A DNA stretch of 64,000 nt, from IMG/VR virus record IMGVR_UViG_3300004213_000422, positions 7,043-71,042 of that record. One strand, 5' to 3'. Shown here piece after piece: positions 18,901-28,970 of this stretch. Under the pieces are notes generated by a model. The model ran no database searches, was not told the origin of the DNA, and was given only the letters and a program-made list of their open reading frames with translations. The position numbers and the translations under genes were made by a program. Positions within the stretch are counted from its first letter, which is position 1, and each line of letters begins with the position of its first letter. The DNA is from a virus (taxonomy: Duplodnaviria > Caudoviricetes).

Positions 18901-21900
18901 CAACACGCCTGAGAACCGCCGGAGCTACGAAGCGGCGGTGATCACGCAGATGGCGCAGCCTGTCAGGGAGCAGCTTCAGGACACGGAGCGCGCCATCATG
19001 GCGCAGCGCCGCATGACGGCCGCCGTCGCGGAAGGATCGGTGGCCGTTGGGCAGGCCACGAATTACGAGCGGGCATTCGAGATCGTCCGCAGGCAGGGCA
19101 TCGGATCGGATGAGGCTCGCGCCAAGGCGGTCGATGAACTGCGGGCCAAGTACGACCTCCTCCAGCGCGCCCAGAACAACGATGCGGTGACCAAGAGCAT
19201 CGAGCAGCGCCGGGTCGAAATCGGCCTCATGGAGCAGGAAGCCGCCACCCTCGGCATGGGCATCACCGCGCGCGAGCAGGAGCTTGCCGCGATCAAGGCG
19301 ATCTCCGATGCGCGCAACCGGCCGGGCGGCACAGACCAAGCCTATGTGGATGCAGCGGCGCAGTCGGCGCGGCAGGCGGTCTCTGTTCGCCAGGGCCTGG
19401 AGCGTCAGAAGGCGGCCTATTCCGAGATCGAGAACTTCGGCTCGCAGGCCTTCGACCGGATCGGTGAGGCGATCACTCAGAACCTCGCCACGGGGGAGAA
19501 GAAGGCCGTCAAGTTCAAGGACGTCCTGCGCGGCGTCGTGAGCGAAATGACGCAGTGGCTGCTGAAGCTGGCCCTGCTGAATCCCCTGAAGAACTGGCTG
19601 ACGGGGGCGAATCTGCCGACCCTTGCCGATGTGGGCGGCATACTGATGGGCGGCGGTGGCGGCGGCGTAGCCTCTGGCGGCGTGGCAGCCAGCGGGATCA
19701 CGGCGGTCGCTGGCGCTCTCGGCGGGGGCGGTGGTGGCGGTGGTGGCGGGCTGCTGAGCGGGATCGGCAGCATCGCGTCCGCTATCTTCGGCGGCGGCTC
19801 CTCGGGCACCAGCAGCCAGGGCATCTTCAGCCGCCTTTTCGGTGGCGGAGGCACGTCGGCCGCCGGCAGCACGGCGGTTACGTCAGGTGACGGAACACTC
19901 AACTCCCTGACCAGCCTCATGTCGGCCGGCGGCCTCATGATCGTCCCCCAGGGCAACGGAACCAGCCGCGACGCCAATGCCCCCGCCAAGGAAGAGGGCG
20001 GGATCATGGTGATGGGGCAGAAGGGCCTTCAGGCCTTCAACGCCTATCGCCAGTTCGCAGGGACGGGCGACACCGGGGGGTTCTTCTCCCGCCTGGAGGC
20101 CAACAACCCCACCAGCTACATCAACGGGACCACGTCCTTCTCCACCGGCTGGAGCGCGGCCGACAGCTTCCTCAACACGCCCCTGATCTCCGGTACGGCA
20201 GATGCCGGAATCAACGCCACGGGCGCGGTGACGAACTCGGCTGGCTACGGCTCTATGGCCCAGAACTCCATCGACGCGGCGGGCAGCGCCAGCGCGGCGG
20301 GCGTGGGCACGAATGGCCTGACCGTGGGCGGTGCGGCCGTGGGTGTGGCGGGCGTGGCCGGCGGCATCTACGGCATCTACAGCGGCATCCAGAAGGGCGG
20401 CGTCGGCGGCGGCTTCCAGGCGGCCGGCGGCGCCGCGACGGCAGGCCTGTCCGCAGCCGCCATGGCGGGTATGGCCGTCCCCGTCTACGGCTGGATCGCC
20501 GCAGCGGTGCTGACGATCATCGGCGCGCTGCTGCCCGGCCAGAAGCCATCCGACCGGACCGGCACCTACACCTACAACACGGCGACAGGAGAGGAGAGCG
20601 TCGGCGGCCTGACGGGCGACCGCTTCTCCCAGGAGACGCGCGATCAGGCGAAGACCATGTCGCAGGGCTTTAAAGACCTCGCGGCCACCGTTGGTGAGAA
20701 GACGGGGCTTGGCCGTGCGGTTGAGGCTCAGTTCCGGGTCGGCGTGGGCGCGCGCGATGGGCTCACCTTCGACCTCAACAACTGGCATGCGCAGGGTGCG
20801 CTGGACGAAGAGGGGATCGGCGCGGTCACGAAGGCGGCGACCGCCTACTTCCTCACCCTAGCCGGCGAGCAGACCACCGATCCGCTGATGAAGCAGGTCA
20901 TCGGCTCCTCGGGCACGGGCGACATCGAGAAGACCTTCGCCAACATCGACTGGTATCAGAACACCTACCGGCCGTTGGTGATGCCGAACGACTATGAGCG
21001 CGGCATCAACGACGTGCGGAAGAAGTGGCAGGAGAGCATCGACAAGGCCAAGGAACTGACCCTGCCTGTGGATATTCTTGTGGAGAACAGGGAGAAGGAA
21101 ATCCGCGCGCTCCAGCGCAAGCGCGACGCCGACGTCACGACCTATGACGCGGAGCTTCAGGCGCGGCGCGCGGCCCCGAACGGCGGGCTGACCGGGCAGG
21201 CCGGCGCCGACAACGCAAGGCGGAAGGCAGCGGCGGACTCGGAGCGAGAGCGCATCGACTTCGAACAGAAGATGAGCAGCCTTGGCCTCACGGGATCGGA
21301 GCGTGATGACCGCCTGACGCAGCTTGTCGAGGCCCAGAAGGCGGACTGGGCGGTGGCGGAGCGGAACTACTGGCGCGGCGAAACGGACCGGGGGTTCAAC
21401 ATCCGCAACGCGGCCGATGCCCCCTACATGCGCCTGCTGAATGCTCAGGGCGCGGCCGGCGACGTCAGCGCCACCAACATCGCTGAGCGCTGGAGCTTTG
21501 AGAATCAGGCCGTCCAGTCCCTGGAGCAGACCCGCCGCTCCCTGGAAGACCTGGGTGTGTCCGCGACCGACATTTCCCGGATCATGGTGGTGGCGGCGCA
21601 GGCCATTGATGCTGAGCGCACCAATCTGGAGCGCACGGAGACGCGTCGTCTACAGGACCGCGACTTCACGGCGCGCGACGTCCGCGAGCAGCCGTTCCTT
21701 CGCCTCTACTCGGCCCTCGGATCGCAGGGAGACATCGCCGCCACGAACGAGGGGGAGCGCGCAGCCTTCGCCACGGATGCTGAGCAGTCCATGCTGAGCC
21801 TCCTCCGCTCCATGGAAGACCTCGGATACTCCTCCGACCAGATGGCGGCGCAGATGGCGGTGGCGGCTCGCGCCATCGACGTGGAGTGGCAGAACCTTGC

Positions 21901-23428
21901 CCGCACTCAGCAGCGGCGCGGCGAGGACCGCGACCTGAACAACCGCAGCGTCAGGGAGACGGCCACCCTCCGCCTCTACTCCGCCATGGGCGCCGCCGGG
22001 GGCGTCGCGGCGACGAATGAGGGGGAGCGCGCGGCATACGAGACCAACGCGACCCAGTCCATGGTCACGCTGCGCCGGAGCATGGAAGACCTGGGGTGGT
22101 CGGCGGAGGCTATCGCGGAGCAGATGGCCATTGCGGCGCAGGCCATCGACGTGGAGCGGTCCAATCTTCAGCGGGTTCAGGCACGCCGCCTGGAGGACCG
22201 CTACATGCAGGAGCAGCAGGTCGGTCAGCAGCCCTATGTGAAGCTCTACGGGGCCCTTGCCGCCACCGGCAATGTCGCGGCGGCGAACGAGAGCGAGCGC
22301 GTCCAGTTCGAGGCGGGCGCCACGCAGAGCATGATCAATCTTCGCCGGAGCATGGAAGACCTGGGCTGGTCTGCCGACACCATCGCCGGCCAGCTTGCCA
22401 TAGCCGCCCAGGCCATCGACGTGGAGCGCCAGAACCTTGGCCGGGCTCAGGCGCGTCGTGCCGAAGACAACGCGTTCCAGAACCTGAACGTCGGCCAGCA
22501 GCCCTGGCTCCGGTACTATGCTGCCGCTGGTGCCGCCGGCAACATCGACGCGCAGAACGAGGCTGACCGCGTTCAGTTCAACACCAATGCCAGCCAGTCC
22601 CTGGCGACGCTTCGCAGGTCCATGGAGGACTTGGGCTGGTCGGCGGAGGCGATTGCCAACCAGATCGGCATCGCCAGCTATGCTATCGACGTCGAGCGGG
22701 ACAACCTCGAAAGGACGATTGCCCGCCGCACGCAGGATCGCGCATACGCCATCACCGACCTCCGCGTGGGGCTGGACGCACGCTATCAGCGCGCCACCGG
22801 CAACAATGAGGCTGCGGATGCCATCGCATTCGAGTGGCAGGCCCAGCAGGACCAGCTACAGCTTCAGCGTCAGATGCAAGACCTGGGGTTCAGCGCGTCG
22901 GAGACGGCGGCTCGCCTGGAGCAGTTCGGCGCCATCGTGGATGCGGAGAGGGAGAACATGGCGGAGCAGCTTCAGGATCAGCGCGCCGGCACGGCCCTCG
23001 GGCCGATCTCCGGCTTGGTGGATTACGCCACCAGCCTCCGCTACAGCGATGCCTCCCCGTTGTCCTTGCAGCAGCAGCTTGAGTCGGCGCAGGCCGCGTT
23101 CAACGACACCGCAAGCAAGGCGGCCGGCGGTGACTACAGCAGCATCCAGGGGCTCCAGTCCGCCTCCGACACCTATCTGGGCCTCGCGCGGCAGGTCTAC
23201 GGCTCGGGCGCGGACTACGTCGATGCCTTCAACAAGGTCACCACGGCCCTGGAGAGCGTGTCCGGCATGTCCATCGAAGCGCTGACGGCTTCGGTCTATA
23301 TCGAGGAGCAGCGGAGTTCCACGCAGCAGCTTGTGGATGAGCTTCAGAAGCTGCGCACGGAAGTCGTCAACCTGCGCACCGAGACGACCCAGTCAACGAG
23401 CGCCCCGACCAGGGTTCAGGACGCATGA
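15992..23428 (+). CDS. Tape measure protein with internal lysozyme-like domain
   Basis: 2478 aa, Ala/Gln-rich helical; AIQVTEG...SSAAGAFQITGST segment at about 17920-18360; Gly-rich hydrophobic middle; 90-aa C-terminal repeats. Confidence 0.93.
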   Translation: MELENTESLAITAKLDDQVTGPGVAVATALNKVADGAERMTETLTRKATPGIVATRNAVEPLSGLLDKQAQIIERYNARVATLQRAGGDADKLAEDIRRLGILRDQDLEKARAAATAREQMFNGGKVDAYAQALSRAAVVGKNLQDVMQNGLSANAFNAASAGITRTAQELSDLRAEVDSVYRVSRDYEKALNSLGEAADVLGIRGKALENIMQELNNAYTRQLQPMREVNAEAARMAAERDKQAKASRDLQNAYNQERAALDPLFALELRHQQQLSRIGDLQNRGLNPARAQNLTTMATASYEAEAARIKEAAGQVDANGKRIGLSLGQQRQQMINFGQQVQDAFVQISSGSGLFYPLVQQVPQAVSALGGMSDAWAKLKGFVLSGTGAFTIATAAFAGFAYMANSRIGDLNGLSVRLRGVGDDAMQMAKNVEEAGKRAARNTPGVSAAEGVGMVEGFVTAARTNRLRGDVDTVALVRDTADIAARVGQSVTDVFGQIKGGMADPLAMLDQFVKQGLLPLDASFRSSVEAVRASGNTWAAFVSVMDRARLSAAGAAEQGLSPLGKAMLEFKREFGSFWDDFGRDLESFATRLIRMVSETRAAARLSAMADPDYRENENLIMRIARRRTREASGGPDLPNTGIRNAALLDAIQVTEGGRNSDTAFNTFLGQNSVGGRTWTNPNPVVNGLEEKTMREVIEMGRALRAQQAAIGIPENKTSSAAGAFQITGSTMEEFARRLGMSLDEKFSRENQRRLAQGIVDDAVQRSGGDMNAAAGFIRQRWTGLEGLSNEQIINKLTIIAQSTSVEAQGRVSVEGAGAQQPTTAAGAEPGTQLANGIFRPITDNPNPGWDDWERAQRILQGLQGYTPQMSTAAGRRTELPQYIGALESALRPENIPFGATEEQIDKVKARLDELRKAYVDSRDPIAEMIRLERERTEVLTSQTPAQAAITQKMREYDQQFVDDPAKQQYNTPENRRSYEAAVITQMAQPVREQLQDTERAIMAQRRMTAAVAEGSVAVGQATNYERAFEIVRRQGIGSDEARAKAVDELRAKYDLLQRAQNNDAVTKSIEQRRVEIGLMEQEAATLGMGITAREQELAAIKAISDARNRPGGTDQAYVDAAAQSARQAVSVRQGLERQKAAYSEIENFGSQAFDRIGEAITQNLATGEKKAVKFKDVLRGVVSEMTQWLLKLALLNPLKNWLTGANLPTLADVGGILMGGGGGGVASGGVAASGITAVAGALGGGGGGGGGGLLSGIGSIASAIFGGGSSGTSSQGIFSRLFGGGGTSAAGSTAVTSGDGTLNSLTSLMSAGGLMIVPQGNGTSRDANAPAKEEGGIMVMGQKGLQAFNAYRQFAGTGDTGGFFSRLEANNPTSYINGTTSFSTGWSAADSFLNTPLISGTADAGINATGAVTNSAGYGSMAQNSIDAAGSASAAGVGTNGLTVGGAAVGVAGVAGGIYGIYSGIQKGGVGGGFQAAGGAATAGLSAAAMAGMAVPVYGWIAAAVLTIIGALLPGQKPSDRTGTYTYNTATGEESVGGLTGDRFSQETRDQAKTMSQGFKDLAATVGEKTGLGRAVEAQFRVGVGARDGLTFDLNNWHAQGALDEEGIGAVTKAATAYFLTLAGEQTTDPLMKQVIGSSGTGDIEKTFANIDWYQNTYRPLVMPNDYERGINDVRKKWQESIDKAKELTLPVDILVENREKEIRALQRKRDADVTTYDAELQARRAAPNGGLTGQAGADNARRKAAADSERERIDFEQKMSSLGLTGSERDDRLTQLVEAQKADWAVAERNYWRGETDRGFNIRNAADAPYMRLLNAQGAAGDVSATNIAERWSFENQAVQSLEQTRRSLEDLGVSATDISRIMVVAAQAIDAERTNLERTETRRLQDRDFTARDVREQPFLRLYSALGSQGDIAATNEGERAAFATDAEQSMLSLLRSMEDLGYSSDQMAAQMAVAARAIDVEWQNLARTQQRRGEDRDLNNRSVRETATLRLYSAMGAAGGVAATNEGERAAYETNATQSMVTLRRSMEDLGWSAEAIAEQMAIAAQAIDVERSNLQRVQARRLEDRYMQEQQVGQQPYVKLYGALAATGNVAAANESERVQFEAGATQSMINLRRSMEDLGWSADTIAGQLAIAAQAIDVERQNLGRAQARRAEDNAFQNLNVGQQPWLRYYAAAGAAGNIDAQNEADRVQFNTNASQSLATLRRSMEDLGWSAEAIANQIGIASYAIDVERDNLERTIARRTQDRAYAITDLRVGLDARYQRATGNNEAADAIAFEWQAQQDQLQLQRQMQDLGFSASETAARLEQFGAIVDAERENMAEQLQDQRAGTALGPISGLVDYATSLRYSDASPLSLQQQLESAQAAFNDTASKAAGGDYSSIQGLQSASDTYLGLARQVYGSGADYVDAFNKVTTALESVSGMSIEALTASVYIEEQRSSTQQLVDELQKLRTEVVNLRTETTQSTSAPTRVQDA
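21421..22960 (+). repeat. Five 270-bp (90-aa) tandem repeats plus one degenerate unit
   Basis: C(A/C)TGGA(A/G)GAC anchors at 21541, 21811, 22081, 22351, 22621; degenerate copy near 22873. Confidence 0.9.
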
Positions 23429-25110
23429 GCGAGGCTTCGTCAGACGTCGAGTACGTCGGCAACGGACGTCAGTTCGTTACAGCAGAGATCGAGACCTACC
23501 AGCCGGGCTATGGCGGGGAGGACGAGGACGCTGAGGCGCCGCGCGCCTGGGGCACCGGGCCCTGGGGAGTCCGCACGAGGGCGTTGGGATCGCTGGAGAT
23601 CACCAGCACCATCCGGGTATCCGACATCGGTTACCGGACGGCGACCACCGACAACCCTGCGCTGACGCCATATCCGCCGCTCCTGGCGGAGGGGTTCGCC
23701 GTCAGTCGCAAGGTCCCCCTGGCGCCATCCCAGGCCTCGGCTGGGGCTGCCTGGGGCGCCCTGAAGCTGCTGAACGGCGACCGCATGCTGGACGTCTACC
23801 TGCCCAGCAACAGCGACGCCCGCCCGGTGCGGATCAGGATCGGCAGGAAGCAGTGGGACGAGGCGCGCGGGTACGAGATCGACCCTCCATACGCGCTGAT
23901 CCGGCAGGTCTTCGCCGGAGTGGCCACGCCATGGGCCTTCGGGGAGGGAACGCTGGAAATCCCTCTGCGGGATGCGACCTACTGGATCGAGAGGCCTTAC
24001 CAAAACAACCTCTACGCAGGCACCGGGGGCCTGGAAGGCCCCGATGAACTGAAGGGGCGGCCCAAGCCCCGCACGCGCGGCGGGACCGCCCAGGCGCCCG
24101 TCCAGAACATCACCCCCGTGCTCGTGGACTCCGTGAACCGCATCTACCAGTGGACGGACGGGCCCGGCACGGTGGTCAACCTCTACGAAGGGGGCGACGC
24201 GCAAATCCCCTATGACGGCGACACCGGAGACCTCTACTCCGGCGCGGTGGCGTCCGGGCACTTCAGGACCGACAATGCGCGCGGCCTGTTCCAGCTTGGC
24301 ACGCGGTCCTTCCGCACCATCACCTGTGACGTCACGGGCGCCTTTCCGGTGGCCGGCGCGAAGTCGTCTGCCATGGATGTCGTGATCGGCATGCTGAAGG
24401 AGGACATGCAGCTTCCTGAAGACTTCCTTGACCTCACCACCCTTCTCACGGTGAACGAGGACAATCCCGCGCCAACCGGCTGGTACTGGTCCGGAGAGGA
24501 GCGTGTGCAGGGCGTGGATGCGATCATGCCCTTCTTCACGTCCATCGCCGCCAAGATGGTGCCGCTGCGGGACGGCCGCCTGTCATGCCTCCTCCTGCGC
24601 CCGCCGGCCGGCGGAGGAATCAGCCGCTTCACATCGGCCGACATCATCAAGATCACCCCCGTCTCCCTCGGCGCACCGCTGGACCCGCCGGCAGCCGTCT
24701 GGCAGGCCGGATATGCGCGGAACTTCACGGTGCAGATCGGCGAGCTTGATCCGGACGTGACGGAGGAGCGCCAGGGCATCATTGGCGAGACGTGGCGCTC
24801 GGGCACCTGGGTCGGCAACGATGTGATCGCGGCTTATCGTCGCCCCAGCACGCCGGATATTGTAGAGACAGCGCTTCTGGTCAAATCGGATGGCGACAAT
24901 CTCGCCGCGATCTGGGGAGCGCTATGGGGAGTCCGGCGCCGCTGCTATGAGATCGAAGTTCTGGCGGACAGGGCATTTGCCCACGACATCGGGGAACAGA
25001 TCACCTTGGCGTACCCGCTGGACGACCTAGACGCCGGAAGGACGGCCCTGATCGTCGGGGATGCTCTCCGCACGGGAAGCCCGACCGCGACGCTGCGAGT
25101 GCTTGTCTGA
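23425..25110 (+). CDS. Distal tail / hub-like protein
   Basis: ATGA overlap with tape measure; LKGRPKPR...VQNITPVLVD pattern. Confidence 0.65.
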   Translation: MSEASSDVEYVGNGRQFVTAEIETYQPGYGGEDEDAEAPRAWGTGPWGVRTRALGSLEITSTIRVSDIGYRTATTDNPALTPYPPLLAEGFAVSRKVPLAPSQASAGAAWGALKLLNGDRMLDVYLPSNSDARPVRIRIGRKQWDEARGYEIDPPYALIRQVFAGVATPWAFGEGTLEIPLRDATYWIERPYQNNLYAGTGGLEGPDELKGRPKPRTRGGTAQAPVQNITPVLVDSVNRIYQWTDGPGTVVNLYEGGDAQIPYDGDTGDLYSGAVASGHFRTDNARGLFQLGTRSFRTITCDVTGAFPVAGAKSSAMDVVIGMLKEDMQLPEDFLDLTTLLTVNEDNPAPTGWYWSGEERVQGVDAIMPFFTSIAAKMVPLRDGRLSCLLLRPPAGGGISRFTSADIIKITPVSLGAPLDPPAAVWQAGYARNFTVQIGELDPDVTEERQGIIGETWRSGTWVGNDVIAAYRRPSTPDIVETALLVKSDGDNLAAIWGALWGVRRRCYEIEVLADRAFAHDIGEQITLAYPLDDLDAGRTALIVGDALRTGSPTATLRVLV

Positions 25111-26153
25111 TGGTCGCCACGATCATCCGCACGAGCGGCAATGCGCTGTTCGGCCATAAGAACTACGTTCTGACCGCATCGCTCGGCGCGAGTTCTTCCG
25201 TCGCATCCCTCGGGGTTGGTCAGCTTCAGAACGCGCAGGGGAGCGCGGCCAGCGCGTGGCAGACGCCCTACGGCACGACGAGCGCATTCCTTGTCATAGA
25301 CGCGGGCGTGGTGATGCCGTGGCGCCTGTTCGGCCTGATGAGGTCAAACCTGACCAAGACGGCGAAGGTCCGGTGGCGGCTCGCCAACAACCGCGATATG
25401 TCCGATCCGGTGCATGACACCGACTGGATCGACGCGATGGTGCAGCCCGGCTACCAGCAGCACATCCATGCGCCGCTCATCGAGCCTTTGGTGCTGCCTG
25501 ACCCCGGCCCGGTCCTGATAGACGAGTACGGGGAGATCATCATCCGCGAGGACGATGATGGCGACGAAGACCCGGAAAGCCTCCTGATCGGCATGGGGCC
25601 GTCCGACGTGCTCTCGGTCGATGCCACGGACGATCCCATCGTGGACGAGTTCCTGGCGAGCGAAGAGGGCGTGCTGATCGTCGGAGAGGGCACCGGCATC
25701 GCGGAGGGCGGCCCCCTGAAGGCGCAGTTCTGCCGCCTGGACATCAACGATCCCGAGAACCCGGACCTCTTCCTCAACATCCCTTTCGTGTACGCCGGGG
25801 ATGCCTGGGAGCCGGGTCGCCAGATCAGCAGCGACAGCGCCTGGGGCGTGGACTCAGCGGTGGATGAGGTTGTGGCCAAGAGCGGCCAGGAGTACCCGGT
25901 CTTCCTCTACGAGAAGCGGCGCTGGGAGATCGCTATCTCAGCCCTGCCGGACGACGAGGTATTCTCCGGGCTGGCGGAGGTCATGCGCGTCGCGCGGCGC
26001 GGAGCGAACATCCTCTTCGTGCCCTTCCCGCGCGGCGACAGGAACAATTTCGAGGCGGTCTATGGGCGGCTCGCGCTCAAGTCGGACGTCACGCACCCAA
26101 GCTCAAACAAAATGTACCGCGCATTCCGCGCATCGGTGACGGAGAGGTTGTAG
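25110..26153 (+). CDS. Minor tail protein with acidic internal insertion
   Basis: Coupled ORF; D/E-rich block at about 25490-25710. Confidence 0.6.
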   Translation: MVATIIRTSGNALFGHKNYVLTASLGASSSVASLGVGQLQNAQGSAASAWQTPYGTTSAFLVIDAGVVMPWRLFGLMRSNLTKTAKVRWRLANNRDMSDPVHDTDWIDAMVQPGYQQHIHAPLIEPLVLPDPGPVLIDEYGEIIIREDDDGDEDPESLLIGMGPSDVLSVDATDDPIVDEFLASEEGVLIVGEGTGIAEGGPLKAQFCRLDINDPENPDLFLNIPFVYAGDAWEPGRQISSDSAWGVDSAVDEVVAKSGQEYPVFLYEKRRWEIAISALPDDEVFSGLAEVMRVARRGANILFVPFPRGDRNNFEAVYGRLALKSDVTHPSSNKMYRAFRASVTERL

Positions 26154-26154
26154 C

Positions 26155-27258
26155 ATGATCCGGAACCGCGTTGAGGAAGTGCTGAACAATCCCGGCTCCG
26201 ACTTGTCGGTGCTGCTGGGCGGCGCGTCCGGCGCCGGTATGCGCACCTTCTCGCAGGCCTTCGGCGGCGAAGTGGACTCCTTCTACTTCATCGAGTCCGG
26301 CGCAATGTGGGAAGCGGGCATCGGCACCGTCACGGTAGGGCCGCCAGCGAAGTACAACCGCAACACCGTGCTGGACAACAGCACCGGAAGCAATTCCAGG
26401 CTGAACTTCACGGGCGCATCGCGCATCTACAATTACATCCCCGCCTCGCACGCAGCGTACAAGCAGCAGCTTGATGCCGAGATCGAGGCGCGCAAGGCGG
26501 CGATCACCGAGACGAAGGAACTCATCAAGGGGGTGGCTGAAGGCCGCATCACCTTCGATGAGACGATCTCGGGATACCTGAGCAATGAAACGAAGCTGAG
26601 GGAGCAGCAAGATGCCCTCCTGCTTGCCTGGGCCAATTCCATTGACGCCACCAGGGCGAGCGAGGATGCGATCCTCAGCAAGGCGATTATAAAGGCAAAC
26701 AACGACCGCGTTGACGCAGACACGTTCAATCGCAAGCTGCAAGTCGATGACGATGCCTACTACAGGCAGATTCAGATCAATGACGACAATGCGCTGGCCT
26801 CCACCCTCCGACAGGAAATGAGCCAGCAGCCCGTGAGCCGCATTCTTGGCGCTTCAGGCTTCTGGGCGAATAATGGTGGCCGCTACGATCCGATCTGGGA
26901 GACCGAGTTCTTCAGGGTGGCGCTTCCGGGGGCTGCTGGGTTCCCTGCCGTTCGTGTGTTCTTGATCATGAGGATGACGGCGCGACACATCGGGCCTGAC
27001 GTTGGCGATCAGGCGATGGTCACGCGAGCACGCCTCTTCGGTCCAGACAGCCGCGCCATCGGGACTTCGGTGCCGCTGTTCAGCGCGTGGGCAGGGTACG
27101 GGCAGTACGGCACCATCACGGAAATGATCCGGTTTGAGCAGACCGGCATTCCGCCCGGCTCATTCGTGCAGTTCACGGCGGAGCGGTCTTGGAAAGAGGG
27201 TGGGCCCGGAATGCAGGTCGTGGACTACCACGCAGACGGCTTCGTGGTCATAGGATAG
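26155..27258 (+). CDS. Minor tail / fibre-base protein
   Basis: WEAGIGTV...RNTVLDNSTG N-terminus followed by coiled coil. Confidence 0.55.
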   Translation: MIRNRVEEVLNNPGSDLSVLLGGASGAGMRTFSQAFGGEVDSFYFIESGAMWEAGIGTVTVGPPAKYNRNTVLDNSTGSNSRLNFTGASRIYNYIPASHAAYKQQLDAEIEARKAAITETKELIKGVAEGRITFDETISGYLSNETKLREQQDALLLAWANSIDATRASEDAILSKAIIKANNDRVDADTFNRKLQVDDDAYYRQIQINDDNALASTLRQEMSQQPVSRILGASGFWANNGGRYDPIWETEFFRVALPGAAGFPAVRVFLIMRMTARHIGPDVGDQAMVTRARLFGPDSRAIGTSVPLFSAWAGYGQYGTITEMIRFEQTGIPPGSFVQFTAERSWKEGGPGMQVVDYHADGFVVIG

Positions 27259-27262
27259 GAAC

Positions 27263-27706
27263 ATGGCAAGCGCAGAATGGGCCAACGCTGAAAAGACCTT
27301 CGTCCTGTACTTCGATGATGGTGGAACGCGGTATGTCGTCCTCCCGGATGACGTGCGCCTGAACGGGCTTGTGCTGGAAGATATGCGCATAACGGACGCA
27401 ACGATTGTCCCAAGGTCGGTGACGCGCTTCCAGGCGCTCAGCGTCATGCTGCAAACTATCCGCTCCAGCGGTCGCAGCATGTATAGTGAGGCACTGGAAA
27501 TGCTCACGGGTGCTGTGGCACAAGTCTCATCGTTGCCTGAGAGTGACCCCGCGAGGCGCGCGGCGGACCTCAACCTTCTGGCGTTCACGGCGGCCGACAC
27601 GTTTGAGCGCTCCAGCGCGCTGATCAGCAGCATCGGAGCCGCGCTGGACTTGGACGACGGCCAAATTGACCGTCTTTTCATACTCGCCGCTTCGGTTGCG
27701 CGGTAG
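27263..27706 (+). CDS. Tail fibre assembly-like protein
   Basis: SVTRFQAL...FERSSALI...GAALDL..QIDRLF pattern. Confidence 0.55.
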   Translation: MASAEWANAEKTFVLYFDDGGTRYVVLPDDVRLNGLVLEDMRITDATIVPRSVTRFQALSVMLQTIRSSGRSMYSEALEMLTGAVAQVSSLPESDPARRAADLNLLAFTAADTFERSSALISSIGAALDLDDGQIDRLFILAASVAR

Positions 27707-27715
27707 GAGGACGAC

Positions 27716-27898
27716 ATGACGGTATCGAACGCAGACCTGCTGAAGGCGCTAGAGGCGCACTCTGCTGCGGTTCAGGCGGAAATTCGCTCCGGCTTCGACC
27801 GCCTTGTCGGGGCGGTGGACAAGCTCTCGGAGGCGACGAAGAACAGCATCCTCATGGAAGATGGGTCTGGCATCGCCGCCCGTCGAAAGGAAGGTTGA
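27716..27898 (+). CDS. Small hypothetical protein
   Basis: GGAGG RBS. Confidence 0.5.
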   Translation: MTVSNADLLKALEAHSAAVQAEIRSGFDRLVGAVDKLSEATKNSILMEDGSGIAARRKEG

Positions 27899-27902
27899 GC
27901 AT

Positions 27903-28964
27903 ATGGCCAACATCAAGATCAGCGCTCTGCCTGCCGCGACGGACGCGACTGGTGTGGAGTTGCTGGGCATTCAGAACGGTGCCAACAAGCGCGTTCCAGC
28001 CGACCTCATCAAGGGGTCTGGGGCCGCAGTATCCTTCTCGAACGCCAATCCCAGCGCGCCTGGAACGCCAAACCCCGGCTCCTCGCAGCAGGTCGCGCGC
28101 GCGGACCACGTTCACCCGCCGGACGACACGAAGCTGGCGGTGACGGGCACGAAGACGGTGGGCCGCATCCCTACCGTCGAGAACGACATGAGCGTGGTCT
28201 GGAAGGACCCGCCGGCCGGCGGCGGTGCGGGAGGGGCCGGGCTCGCCGTGACCAAGCCCCTCATGAACGGCGTGGCTGCGGTCGGTGACGCAACCACCGC
28301 AGCGCGCGCGGATCACGTCCACGACACCGACACCAGCCGCATGGCGAACCCGACCGGCACGAAGGCTGCCGGGAAGGTGCCGCTGGTCACGGCGGACGGC
28401 AGCACAGTGTCCTGGGCGTCCCCGCCGACCGATACCAGCCGCATGGCCAACCCGACCGGCACCATGGGGCCCGGCAAGGTCCCCACCGTCAGCGGCGACG
28501 GCGCCACGGTCGCCTGGACCGACCCCCCCACGGGGAGCGCCCTCACGGTCGGCGGCAACCGCCTCATCGGCTCCGACGCGCAGGGCAACATCGTCCCGCT
28601 GCGCGCCACCACCACCGTCATGCAGAGCTTCATCGGCACCCCGGTGGTCGGATCGAAGCTCGTCTTCACCGGCAACGCGCCCTGGCCCGGAACGGTAGAT
28701 CAGATCGCGGTATCGGCAGAAGGCGCTGGCAGCCCCACCGTGACGCTGAAGCTGGAGAAGGTTACCTCCGGCACAGGAACGGTCCTCGGGGGTATCAGTG
28801 CCCTCGCTGCTGCCGGCGGCGCACCGGACAACCCGAACAGGACCAATGTGAGCGGCGCCCGAGACTTCTCCGCAGGCGACGCCCTGCGAGCCACCGTGAT
28901 GGCCGTCTCCGGCACGATCACTGGCTTTTCCGTGGAACTGACGCTTAACCGCGTCGCAGGATAA
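27903..28964 (+). CDS. Tail fibre-like protein with internal repeats
   Basis: KISALPAAT N-terminus; ARADHVH twice; DTSRMANPTGT twice (102-bp period). Confidence 0.65.
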   Translation: MANIKISALPAATDATGVELLGIQNGANKRVPADLIKGSGAAVSFSNANPSAPGTPNPGSSQQVARADHVHPPDDTKLAVTGTKTVGRIPTVENDMSVVWKDPPAGGGAGGAGLAVTKPLMNGVAAVGDATTAARADHVHDTDTSRMANPTGTKAAGKVPLVTADGSTVSWASPPTDTSRMANPTGTMGPGKVPTVSGDGATVAWTDPPTGSALTVGGNRLIGSDAQGNIVPLRATTTVMQSFIGTPVVGSKLVFTGNAPWPGTVDQIAVSAEGAGSPTVTLKLEKVTSGTGTVLGGISALAAAGGAPDNPNRTNVSGARDFSAGDALRATVMAVSGTITGFSVELTLNRVAG

Positions 28965-28970
28965 TCGCGC

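Noticed and set aside
21421-22960. CRISPR array or DGR template/variable repeats
   Set aside because: In-frame degenerate protein repeats; no repeat-spacer pattern, cas gene or reverse transcriptase
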